From [Scytonema hofmanni] UTEX 2349 (GTDB lineage Bacteria > Cyanobacteriota > Cyanobacteriia > Cyanobacteriales > Nostocaceae), in the NCBI RefSeq assembly GCF_000582685.1, contig NZ_KK073768.1, positions 2,308,074-2,348,073 of the forward strand: a stretch of 40,000 nt of DNA. Direction: 5' to 3'. The position numbers and the translations under genes are program-made. Below the pieces are notes generated by a model. It did not search any database and was not told the origin of the DNA. It saw only the letters and a list, made by a program, of their open reading frames with translations. Positions 1 to 8,358 of the stretch are shown here, piece after piece (the first letter of the stretch is position 1; every line of letters starts with the position of its first letter).

Positions 1-2
1 CT

Positions 3-1481
3 ATTTCTGATTATAGAGCTACTACTAGTGGTGGACCTAACTTTGCTTATGATTTATGTGTACGCAAAGTTACTTTAGAGCAGCGTTTAAGCTTAGACCT
101 CAGTAGCTGGGAATTAGCCTTTAATGGAGCAGAAGCAATTAGAGCAGATACTTTAAAGGCATTTACAGAAGCTTTTGAACCCTGTGGGTTTCGTAGAACC
201 GCCTTCTATCCTTGTTATGGTATGGCAGAAACTACCCTGTTAGTATCAGGAGGAGAGAAGGAGGATGTGCCAGTTGTTTATTCATTAGATCGAGATGCTT
301 TGAGACGAGGAGTGGCGATCGCTACTCCAAATCCGCAAGAAGAACAAACAACACAATTAGTAGTAGGGTGTGGACACTCTTGGGAGGAGGAAACTATACG
401 GATTGTGAACCCAGAAACATTAGTGACTTGTTTAGATTGCCAAGTCGGTGAAATTTGGGTGGCAGGTCCTCATGTAGCTCAAGGTTATTGGAATCGGTCT
501 ACACAGACAGAAAAAACCTTTAATGCCTACACAACAGATACTCAAGAAGGTCCATTTCTCCGCACTGGTGACTTGGGATTTTTGCATGATGAAGAATTGT
601 TTGTTACAGGACGCATCAAAGATGTAATTATCATCCGAGGTCGTAACCATTATCCCCAAGATATTGAACTGACAGTAGAGAAAAGTCATCCAGCACTGAA
701 CCCCGGTAGCGGTGCAGCTTTTAGTGTAGAAATTAACGGTGAAGAAAGGTTAGTTATTGCTCAAGAAGTAAAACGTAATTATTTACGAAACCTCGATGTC
801 AATGAAGTAGCTACAACCATTCGTAGAGCAGTATCGCAGGAACATGAATTACAGTTATACGCTGTGGTATTGTTGAAAACAGGAAGTATCCTCAAAACTT
901 CCAGTGGGAAAATTCAACGTCAAGCTTGTCGAACTTCATTTTTAAACAATACTTTGAGTGTGGTAGGTCTGTGGAAGTTAGAAGATGAGTTATTAGAAGA
1001 CCAAACATTATCAACCACATCTGCATCAAACTCGGCTCATACTTTAAAAAAATCTCAATCTAATTTGACATCACAACCTCTAACTGGTAGTTCTAAATAC
1101 AATTTGGATTCTATCTTGAATTGGATTGAAACATGGTTAGCTAAAAAATTTAAAATACATCCTCATCAAATAGATACTAGTCAATCTTTTGCAGATTTTG
1201 GTATGGATTCAGTTATGTCTGTGGAATTTTCTCAAGCATTAGGAGATTGGTTAGAAATTCCGATAGAGGCAGCTATACTTTGGAAATTCTCCACAATTGA
1301 ATCTTTAGGAAAATATTTAATTACTGAATTACAATTTACCAAACCCTCTTCTTCACAGCTACAATCCCAGCCTCAACAGGAAACTTTATCAGCACTCAAT
1401 CAAATTTCTCAAACAGAAATTGAGTCATTAATTAATCAAGAAATATCAGCATTAGAAAAAATATTGGAGAAAGGGCAATGA
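3..1481 (+). CDS. Fatty acyl-AMP ligase (FAAL; 5' end lies off-window) fused to an acyl carrier protein (loading didomain)
   Basis: Frame 3 is open from nt 3, upstream of the ORF-track Met at 222: ISDYRATTSGGPNFAYDLCV..AFNGAEAIR..FYPCYGMAETTL. It continues with TGDLGF, GRIKDVIIIRGRNHYPQDIE and SSGKIQR, which are adenylate-forming core motifs of the FAAL type. The C-terminal carrier domain carries FADFGMDSVMSVEF. The stop TGA at 1479-1481 overlaps the next ATG (ATGA). Confidence 0.85.
   Translation: MSDYRATTSGGPNFAYDLCVRKVTLEQRLSLDLSSWELAFNGAEAIRADTLKAFTEAFEPCGFRRTAFYPCYGMAETTLLVSGGEKEDVPVVYSLDRDALRRGVAIATPNPQEEQTTQLVVGCGHSWEEETIRIVNPETLVTCLDCQVGEIWVAGPHVAQGYWNRSTQTEKTFNAYTTDTQEGPFLRTGDLGFLHDEELFVTGRIKDVIIIRGRNHYPQDIELTVEKSHPALNPGSGAAFSVEINGEERLVIAQEVKRNYLRNLDVNEVATTIRRAVSQEHELQLYAVVLLKTGSILKTSSGKIQRQACRTSFLNNTLSVVGLWKLEDELLEDQTLSTTSASNSAHTLKKSQSNLTSQPLTGSSKYNLDSILNWIETWLAKKFKIHPHQIDTSQSFADFGMDSVMSVEFSQALGDWLEIPIEAAILWKFSTIESLGKYLITELQFTKPSSSQLQSQPQQETLSALNQISQTEIESLINQEISALEKILEKGQ
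315..322. repeat. HIP1 (highly iterated palindrome GCGATCGC), one of 29 copies counted by eye
   Basis: Copy start positions: 315, 2756, 3040, 5078, 6497, 7342, 9051, 9788, 14376, 15712, 17092, 17529, 19729, 23256, 24057, 26607, 26735, 27468, 28792, 31344, 34113, 34733, 35205, 35619, 35700, 36732, 37714, 38007, 39861. Fewer than 1 copy of a given octamer is expected by chance in 40 kb. Confidence 0.9.
1107..1332 (+). other. Domain: ACP (loading, fused to FAAL)
   Basis: DSILNWIETWLAKKF..FADFGMDSVMSVEF. The phosphopantetheine Ser codon is 1209-1211. Confidence 0.85.
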
Positions 1482-4400
1482 ACAATATTTATGAATCTAA
1501 TCAAGAAAAATCAGTTTCATTACAACGTTTACTTAATGCCCTTAAACAAGCTCGTACTCAAATTGAAAATACGGAACGTCAAAAGACTGAACCAATAGCT
1601 ATTATTGGCATGGGGTTTCGTTTTCCAGGTGGTGTTAAAGACCAAGAGACATTTTGGCAACTATTACATCATGGTGTAGATGCTATTACAGAAATTCCCC
1701 AAAATCGCTGGGATGTTGATCGCTACTATGATCCCAATCCTGACGCTTCCGGGAAAATATACACTCGTTATGGTGGGTTTTTGGATCAGGTAGACCAGTT
1801 TGATCCCCAATTTTTCGGCATTGCTCCCCGTGAAGCAATGGACATGGACCCACAACACCGACTACTGTTAGAAATTACCTGGGAAGCCCTAGAAAACGCT
1901 GCCATAGCACCAGAACGCCTCAAAGGTACTCAAACAGGCTTGTTTGTGGGCATGAGTTCAGATGATTATTCCCAACTCAGTTTAAATTTTGATGATTTAA
2001 ATAGCTTAGATGCTTATAGAGGTTTAGGGAGCGCACGTAGTATTGCCGTTGGTCGTTTGGCTCATATCCTAGATTTACAGGGCTTGGTGCTGCAACTAGA
2101 TACATCCTGTTCATCTTCCTTACTAGGGATTCATTTAGCCTGTCAAAGCTTGCGTTCTGGTGAATGCAATCTAGCTTTAGCAGGTGGTGTAAATTTGATG
2201 CTTTCTCCCATTAATACCATTTTAGGCTGTAAACTTCGGGCTTTATCAGTTGATGGACGTTGTAAAACTTTTGATGCTGGGGCTGATGGTTATGTCAGAG
2301 GAGAAGGTGGTGGCATAGTCGTACTTAAACGGTTGTCTGATGCTATAGCTGATGGTGACAACATTCTAGCTTTAATTCGCGGGTCTGCTGCTAACCATGA
2401 CGGTAAAAGTAATGGATTAACCGCCCCTAATGGTGCTGCTCAAGAAGTAGTAATTAAGCAAGCTTTAGCTAATGCTAGGGTTACACCAGAACAAATTCAA
2501 TATGTAGAGGTACATGGGACGGGTACACCCTTGGGAGATCCGATAGAAGTTTTGGCATTAGGACAAGTTTTGTGTCAAAATCGCTCCAAACAAGAACCAT
2601 TAATGATTGGTTCACTCAAAACTAACTTTGGTCACTTGGAAGCAGCTGCGGGTATAGCCAGTTTAATTAAAGTGGTTTTATGTTTGCAAAACAAACAAAT
2701 TCCACCCCATTTGCACTTTCAAAATCCTAATCCTTATATACCTTGGGATAAATTAGCGATCGCTATTCCTACTCAGTTAACTGCTTTATCAGCACAAGAT
2801 AGTCCACATTTAGCCGGAGTTAGTTGCTTTGGCATGAGTGGCACAAATGTACATCTAATTGTCGAAGCAGCAGCAAATCAAGTTCAAATTGAAAATCATC
2901 AAGATTCACAACTGCATCTATTGACACTCTCAGCTAAAACAGAATCAGCTTTGCAAGATTTAGCCCAAAAGTATCAAGATTTTTTAACTAAGCATCCCTC
3001 AGCCTCTATTGCCGATGTATGTTTTACTGCTAACACAGGGCGATCGCACTTTGACCACCGATTAGCGATTATTGCCCAATCACATCAGCATTTACAACAA
3101 CAATTAAATTCATTCATTCAACAAACACCAGCTACAGAAGTAATTAGCGGTCAACTGACGAGCAAAAAACGCCCAAAAATTGCCTTTCTCTTCACCGGAC
3201 AAGGTTCGCAATATGTGGGGATGGGCAAAGAACTATACCAAACTCAACCAGTTTTCCGCCAATGCTTAGACCAATGCGCTCAAATTCTCAGTTCTGAGCT
3301 AGATTATCCCCTATTGGAAATCTTGTATGCAGACACAACTGAAAATCCCCTGATTCATCAAACAGCCTATACCCAACCTGCCTTATTTGCTTTAGAATAT
3401 GCCCTAGCTCAACTCTGGATTTCTTGGGGAGTGCAACCAGATATAGTTATGGGTCACAGTGTCGGTGAATACGTTGCTGCTTGTGTAGTCGGTATTTTTA
3501 CCTTAGAAGACGGACTCAAACTGATTACACAACGGGGACGGTTAATGCAACAGTTACCAGGTGGGGAAATGGTAGCAGTAATGGCATCAGCCGCACAAGT
3601 ACAAGCAATTATTGACAACTACAAAAACCAAATAGCAGTCGCTGCCTACAACACACCCAACAGCGTAGTAATTTCCGGTACAACCGCAGCCATCAAAGAT
3701 GTTTGTCAACAATTAACACAACAGGGAATCAAAACCAAACCTTTACAAGTATCTCACGCTTTCCACTCCCCTTTGATGCAGCCAATGTTGGCAGAATTTG
3801 CCGAAATAGCAGCAAAAATTACATACCATCAACCGCAAATTCCCTTAATTTCCAACCTCACAGGACAACCAGCCACAGCAGAAATAGCAACTGGACAATA
3901 CTGGGTAAATCATGTCACCCAACCAGTGAAATTTGCTGAGAGTGTCCACACATTACATCAACTGGGTTATAAAATTTGGTTAGAAATTGGCTCTCAGCCA
4001 GTATTGTTAGGAATGGCACGTCAACAGATTCCCGAAACAGAGCATTTAACCCTACCAAGTTTATATCCCAAACTGCCAGACTCACTACAATTATTGAGAA
4101 CTTTAGCTACACTATATGTATATAGTGTAGCAATTCATTGGCAGGATTTTCACAAAGTTAACCCCAACTGTCAGAAAATTCCCTTACCTACCTATCCATT
4201 TCAAAGACAACGCTACTGGATTAATAGTAATTCAGAAGTAAAAAATCAATCCAGCAATTCCTTATCCTATCAAGGTAAAAAACGGCATCCAATTTTAGGT
4301 TATCGTTTGACTGATTTAGCCGTCCTACCCCATACTTACATTTGGGAAACACCAATAGATGAATTTTACCTTTCTTGGTTAAAAGACCATCAGGTCTGGG

Positions 4401-4717
4401 ATACCGTGATTATGCCCCATACAGGATATTTGCAAATAGCTTTTGAAGCTACTCAGGAAGCTTTTAATCAACCCTGGAATAACATTAGTAATTTAAAACT
4501 GTACTATCCTCTGTTCTTGTCCACACAAGAGGAACAAAAAATACAGGTGATTCTCTCGCCACTATCAGATAGTAAAATGTTGCTTCAGGTGTATGGCTGT
4601 CGGCTGAGTAAGTCCTCCTCTGCATCAGAGTGGACTTTATACGCAGATGCACAAGTTTCATCTTCAGCAACCCATCCAGAACCAACAGCAAATTTACCGA
4701 TATTAACAAAAATATGA
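1478..4717 (+). CDS. Type I PKS, KS-AT plus the N-terminal hot-dog half of a DH (module 1, part a)
   Basis: 1079 aa. KS motifs: [51 protein letters not shown] motifs: [25 protein letters not shown]-half motifs: HPILGYRL and [13 protein letters not shown] (HxxxGxxxxP-like). The protein ends ..PILTKI* directly at the LLM start. Confidence 0.9.
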   Translation: MNNIYESNQEKSVSLQRLLNALKQARTQIENTERQKTEPIAIIGMGFRFPGGVKDQETFWQLLHHGVDAITEIPQNRWDVDRYYDPNPDASGKIYTRYGGFLDQVDQFDPQFFGIAPREAMDMDPQHRLLLEITWEALENAAIAPERLKGTQTGLFVGMSSDDYSQLSLNFDDLNSLDAYRGLGSARSIAVGRLAHILDLQGLVLQLDTSCSSSLLGIHLACQSLRSGECNLALAGGVNLMLSPINTILGCKLRALSVDGRCKTFDAGADGYVRGEGGGIVVLKRLSDAIADGDNILALIRGSAANHDGKSNGLTAPNGAAQEVVIKQALANARVTPEQIQYVEVHGTGTPLGDPIEVLALGQVLCQNRSKQEPLMIGSLKTNFGHLEAAAGIASLIKVVLCLQNKQIPPHLHFQNPNPYIPWDKLAIAIPTQLTALSAQDSPHLAGVSCFGMSGTNVHLIVEAAANQVQIENHQDSQLHLLTLSAKTESALQDLAQKYQDFLTKHPSASIADVCFTANTGRSHFDHRLAIIAQSHQHLQQQLNSFIQQTPATEVISGQLTSKKRPKIAFLFTGQGSQYVGMGKELYQTQPVFRQCLDQCAQILSSELDYPLLEILYADTTENPLIHQTAYTQPALFALEYALAQLWISWGVQPDIVMGHSVGEYVAACVVGIFTLEDGLKLITQRGRLMQQLPGGEMVAVMASAAQVQAIIDNYKNQIAVAAYNTPNSVVISGTTAAIKDVCQQLTQQGIKTKPLQVSHAFHSPLMQPMLAEFAEIAAKITYHQPQIPLISNLTGQPATAEIATGQYWVNHVTQPVKFAESVHTLHQLGYKIWLEIGSQPVLLGMARQQIPETEHLTLPSLYPKLPDSLQLLRTLATLYVYSVAIHWQDFHKVNPNCQKIPLPTYPFQRQRYWINSNSEVKNQSSNSLSYQGKKRHPILGYRLTDLAVLPHTYIWETPIDEFYLSWLKDHQVWDTVIMPHTGYLQIAFEATQEAFNQPWNNISNLKLYYPLFLSTQEEQKIQVILSPLSDSKMLLQVYGCRLSKSSSASEWTLYADAQVSSSATHPEPTANLPILTKI
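1589..2866 (+). other. Domain: KS (PKS module 1)
   Basis: [23 protein letters not shown] has its Cys codon at 2108-2110. HGTGTPLGD and [10 protein letters not shown] supply the two catalytic His. The domain ends at GTNVHLIVE. Confidence 0.9.
3179..4020 (+). other. Domain: AT (module 1), malonyl-CoA type
   Basis: [16 protein letters not shown] has its Ser codon at 3458-3460. The HAFH motif ([10 protein letters not shown]) is the malonate-specific signature. The post-AT linker ends at [12 protein letters not shown] (~4223). Confidence 0.85.
4286..4714 (+). other. Domain fragment: DH N-terminal hot-dog half
   Basis: HPILGYRL (4286). The catalytic-His motif [13 protein letters not shown] has its His codon at 4388-4390. 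The fragment ends with [12 protein letters not shown], equivalent to the end of the first hot-dog, followed by a short linker and a stop. Confidence 0.75.
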
Positions 4718-5757
4718 AATTTGGTTTAATGTTCTTTGCTAGTAGCGAAGATGCTTTAGTGGGTGATAAATATAGTCTGGTGATTGAAAGTGCTAAATTT
4801 GCTGATCAACATGGCTTTTCTAGTATTTGGACACCAGAACGACATTATACTCAATTTGGTAGCCTCTACCCTAATCCGGCGGTATTAAATGCGGCACTAG
4901 CCAGGGAAACTCAACAGATTCGCTTGCAAGCAGGTAGTGTGGTGATGCCTTTGCATCATCCCCTGGAAATAGCCGAAGCATGGGCTTTAGTAGATAATTT
5001 GTCAAATGGCAGGGTGGGAATATCCTTAGCATCTGGTTGGAATCCCAGCGATTTTGCTACTTGTCCCCAAAAGTATAGCGATCGCCAGCAAACCGTTTTT
5101 ACCAATTTAGAAATACTGCAAAAACTCTGGCAAGGGGAATCTCTGAAAATTACCGACGGCAAAGGACAACCAGCAGAAATTCGTATTTATCCTACCCCTA
5201 TACAGCCTCAACTTCCCATTTGGATCACCGCAGCAGGTAATCCTCAAACATACATCAAAGCCGGAGAAATCGGGGCAAACCTGTTAACACACCTACTGGA
5301 TCAAGAAGTAGAAACCCTCGCAGAGAAAATATCTCTCTACCGTCAAGCTAGAGCTAAGTATGGTCACGATCCAGAAGCGGGTATAGTTTCACTCATGTTA
5401 CATACCTTTGTCGGTCAAGACTTCGAGCAAGTACGAGAACAAGCCAGAATCCCTTACTGTAATTATCTCAAAGCTAACATTGAACTGCTCAAAGGACTAG
5501 CTCAAAGTCGGGGGCATGATGTAGATATTACTAAATTACCTGAGCGAGACTTAAAGGAATTTGTTAACTTTTTATATGACCGCTTTGCTATCTCTAGAGG
5601 CTTAATCGGTACTCCTGAAACTTGTCAAAAGTTACTAGAACAGCTAGACGGCATTGGAATTGATGAAGTAGCTTGTTTATTAGATTTTGGTTTAAGTAAA
5701 GAACTTATTCTCCAACATTTACTAGACCTGAATCAACTACGAGAAAATTACAATCAT
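4714..5757 (+). other. Domain: luciferase-like monooxygenase LLM-1 (inserted between the DH halves)
   Basis: [71 protein letters not shown]. Paralogous to LLM-2 and LLM-3. Matches my recollection of the natural-product LLM domain family (TIGR04020-like). Confidence 0.8.
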
Positions 5758-8358
5758 CATACACAAACTACTGGTATTCCCCAGCGAGCAATTTTTCCCA
5801 CTACCCTCAACAATGGTTCTCAAAAGTCGCTGGCAATTTCAACCACATCCCCTACTACTCCTCTAGAATCATTAGAAACCATCCGGTTGCGCTGTCAAGA
5901 CCAAAGAAACGCCCGCGAATTTTATCAATTATTACAGAAAAACGGCTTACAGCTACAGGAAACTTATCAAGGTATCCAAAATCTATGGTTAGGTGAAAGT
6001 GAAGCATTAGCGGAAGTGAAGTTACCTCATGCTGTTAACTTTGGTAATAGTTTTCAAGTCCGAGCCGCAGTATTAGATGCTTGTCACCAAGTATTAGGAG
6101 CTACATTATTAGGTAAAATCCTATCTGGGGGAACAACCACCGATACACAGACTAATACCCCGGAAATGTCCTTGTATTTACCTACAGGGATCAAGAGTTT
6201 TCAAATTTATGAATCTTTAGGAACAGAAGTTTGGAGTCATGCGGTACTGCGACAACATCGAGGTATTGATGGTATAGCTGCTCATCATGAGATTGAAGGA
6301 GATATTTACATCTTCAATCACAACGGTAAATTGGTAGTTAAAGTCACTGGATTGCAGATGCAAAGCACCAGTTCCAGTAAGTCTACCAGTCAGCAACAAA
6401 AAGGGGCAAATTGGTTGTATGAATTACAATGGCAACCCCAACCAGAAAAAGAAGCAGTATCAAGCACAACAGAGCCGGGTTTATGGTTAATTTTTGGCGA
6501 TCGCTCTGGTATCAGTCAAAATCTAGTACAGTTATTAGAAGCTCAAGGTGATACTTGTTGGCTAATCCAACATAGTGAAAACTCCCAAAACCAAACCCCA
6601 AACCAAATAGTCATTACACCTGGAAATCAAACCCAGATCCAACAACTCATCACTAACATCTTAGCCCCAGGAGTTCCCCCCTGTCGCGGAATTGTGCATC
6701 TATGGAGTTTAGATGTTACTCCCAGTCAAGAAACAACTTTAGCATCTCTACAACAGGATCAAGTCCTAACTACCACAAGTCTTTTACACTTAACACAAGC
6801 AATTATCCAAACTACCACAACTCAAACTCTACCCTTGTGGGTTGTAACTCAAGATGTGCAGAAAGTCGGAGCCCAAACCACCCCCCGTTCTCCTGCACAA
6901 GCTCCAATTTGGGGTTTAGGACGAGTTATAGCCACAGAACATCCCAAACTGTGGGGAGGATTAGTAGATTTAGACGGAGAATCTACACCAGAAACATCCG
7001 CTAAACAATTACTGCAAATATTACAAGCAGATAGTCAAGAAGATCAAATAGTTTTACGTCAAGGACAACGCCATATTCTCCGCTTAGTGCGTAGTCAAAA
7101 AACACCAACTTCATCCCCAACCATCCAACCCGATGCGACATATTTGATTACCGGGGGATTTGGACATTTTGGACTACAAAGCGCCCAATGGTTAGCCCAA
7201 AAAGGAGCAAAACACCTAGTTTTAATCGGACGCAAAAACCCATCTAGTCAAGCACAGGAAGTCATTAATACCTTAGAAAAAACAGGAGTTCAAGTTCTGG
7301 TTTTCCAAGGGGATGTATCTGATCCAGTAGACATGACAGAGGCGATCGCCACCATTAAATCCCACTGTCCACCCCTAAAAGGAATTTTCCACATCGCAGG
7401 TTTCAGCCAACAAAGCCTATTATCAGATATCACCACCGACGATTTACAGGACATGTTGCGTCCTAAAGTTTTTGGCACATGGAACTTACACCAACTCACC
7501 CTAGAACTAAACCTGGACTTCTTCTTCAGTACCTCTTCCATGTCCCCAGTATTTGGTTCTCAAAAACTAGGACACTATGCAGCCGCTAACTACTTCCTAG
7601 ATATTTTTGCTGAGTATCGTCACAGTATAGGTTTACCAGCCTTAACCGTGAATGTTGGCGCTCTAGCAGGTGGAGGAATGGCTTTAGCTTCACCGGAAGG
7701 GGAAAAATATACTACCCAGATAGGTTTGAATTTAACCCATCCTGCTGATTTATTAGATGTGGCTGGAGGCTTTTTCACATCAGACGGTGTAGCAAATATC
7801 GTTATCGCCGATATGGATTGGTCAATCTTCAAACCTCTTTATGAAGGAACTACAGGCAAACTACTACTCGCACAAATAGAGGCACAAAGCAGTGTTGCTC
7901 AGGGAAAACCAGGAGAACGAGATATCTTTTGGCAACAGTTGGAGACATTACCAGAAAGTGAACGTTATCACCAAATAGTAGCTTATTTACAACAAGAAGT
8001 AGCACAAATTCTCGGTTACTCTGCTAATCAACCCCTGTTTAACCCAGAGGTTGGCTTCTTTGATTTAGGGATGGATTCTTTACTAGCTGTTGCTTTCAAA
8101 AATAAGCTAGAAACTAGTTTGGGTTCTTCTTTACCCACTGTATTGATTTTTGAACGACCGAATGTTACTAGTTTGACAGAGTACATTATTACCGAGGTCT
8201 TCAATTGGCAAATTTCAGCAGATTATGATCACAACAAACCAAAAGCAGAAGAACTAAGTTTAGAAGCCGAACTTTCGCAAACCATAGAACAATTATCTGA
8301 ACAAACACTAGAAGATTTAATTAATCAAAAATTAGCTAGAGCTTTGGAGGACGACTAA
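4714..8358 (+). CDS. PKS subunit LLM-DH(C-terminal half)-KR-ACP (module 1, part b)
   Basis: The probable start is ATG 4714, forming an ATGA overlap with the upstream stop at 4715-4717. The ORF-track Met at 4630 lies inside the upstream gene. Motifs in order: [41 protein letters not shown] (LLM); ETYQGIQNLW and AAVLDACHQVLG (DH C-half); YLITGGFGHFG, PKVFGTWNL and GHYAAANYF (KR); FFDLGMDSLLAV (ACP). Confidence 0.85.
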   Translation: MKFGLMFFASSEDALVGDKYSLVIESAKFADQHGFSSIWTPERHYTQFGSLYPNPAVLNAALARETQQIRLQAGSVVMPLHHPLEIAEAWALVDNLSNGRVGISLASGWNPSDFATCPQKYSDRQQTVFTNLEILQKLWQGESLKITDGKGQPAEIRIYPTPIQPQLPIWITAAGNPQTYIKAGEIGANLLTHLLDQEVETLAEKISLYRQARAKYGHDPEAGIVSLMLHTFVGQDFEQVREQARIPYCNYLKANIELLKGLAQSRGHDVDITKLPERDLKEFVNFLYDRFAISRGLIGTPETCQKLLEQLDGIGIDEVACLLDFGLSKELILQHLLDLNQLRENYNHHTQTTGIPQRAIFPTTLNNGSQKSLAISTTSPTTPLESLETIRLRCQDQRNAREFYQLLQKNGLQLQETYQGIQNLWLGESEALAEVKLPHAVNFGNSFQVRAAVLDACHQVLGATLLGKILSGGTTTDTQTNTPEMSLYLPTGIKSFQIYESLGTEVWSHAVLRQHRGIDGIAAHHEIEGDIYIFNHNGKLVVKVTGLQMQSTSSSKSTSQQQKGANWLYELQWQPQPEKEAVSSTTEPGLWLIFGDRSGISQNLVQLLEAQGDTCWLIQHSENSQNQTPNQIVITPGNQTQIQQLITNILAPGVPPCRGIVHLWSLDVTPSQETTLASLQQDQVLTTTSLLHLTQAIIQTTTTQTLPLWVVTQDVQKVGAQTTPRSPAQAPIWGLGRVIATEHPKLWGGLVDLDGESTPETSAKQLLQILQADSQEDQIVLRQGQRHILRLVRSQKTPTSSPTIQPDATYLITGGFGHFGLQSAQWLAQKGAKHLVLIGRKNPSSQAQEVINTLEKTGVQVLVFQGDVSDPVDMTEAIATIKSHCPPLKGIFHIAGFSQQSLLSDITTDDLQDMLRPKVFGTWNLHQLTLELNLDFFFSTSSMSPVFGSQKLGHYAAANYFLDIFAEYRHSIGLPALTVNVGALAGGGMALASPEGEKYTTQIGLNLTHPADLLDVAGGFFTSDGVANIVIADMDWSIFKPLYEGTTGKLLLAQIEAQSSVAQGKPGERDIFWQQLETLPESERYHQIVAYLQQEVAQILGYSANQPLFNPEVGFFDLGMDSLLAVAFKNKLETSLGSSLPTVLIFERPNVTSLTEYIITEVFNWQISADYDHNKPKAEELSLEAELSQTIEQLSEQTLEDLINQKLARALEDD
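5866..6363 (+). other. Domain fragment: DH C-terminal hot-dog half
   Basis: FYQLLQKNGLQLQETYQGIQNLWLGESEALAEVKLP is GYxYGPxF-like. AAVLDACHQVLG is the LDAxxQ/H motif with its Asp codon at 6076-6078. LPTGIKSFQIY is also present. Confidence 0.7.
6409..7850 (+). other. Domain: KR (module 1), structural plus catalytic subdomains
   Basis: WLYELQWQPQP..GLWLIFGD marks the start. The NADPH site is YLITGGFGHFG. The catalytic residues are Lys in RPKVFGTWNL, Ser in FSTSSMS and Tyr in GHYAAANYF. Confidence 0.85.
7966..8200 (+). other. Domain: ACP (module 1)
   Basis: YHQIVAYLQQEVAQILGY..FFDLGMDSLLAV. The Ser codon is 8077-8079. An acidic helical C-terminal tail follows and may be a docking element. Confidence 0.85.

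Noticed and set aside
212-451. 79-aa ORF overlapping the FAAL gene in another frame.
   Set aside because: It lies inside the FAAL reading frame, which is open from nt 3 and carries clear adenylation motifs. The translation is Arg/Ser-rich junk.
4630-4713. The ORF-track start (Met 4630) of the LLM-DH-KR-ACP gene.
   Set aside because: The first 28 codons overlap the end of the upstream DH half in another frame and encode no recognisable sequence. The LLM family N-terminus (MKFGLMFF, compare MQFSLYYF and MQFSLFYF) begins exactly at ATG 4714, which forms an ATGA overlap with the upstream stop.
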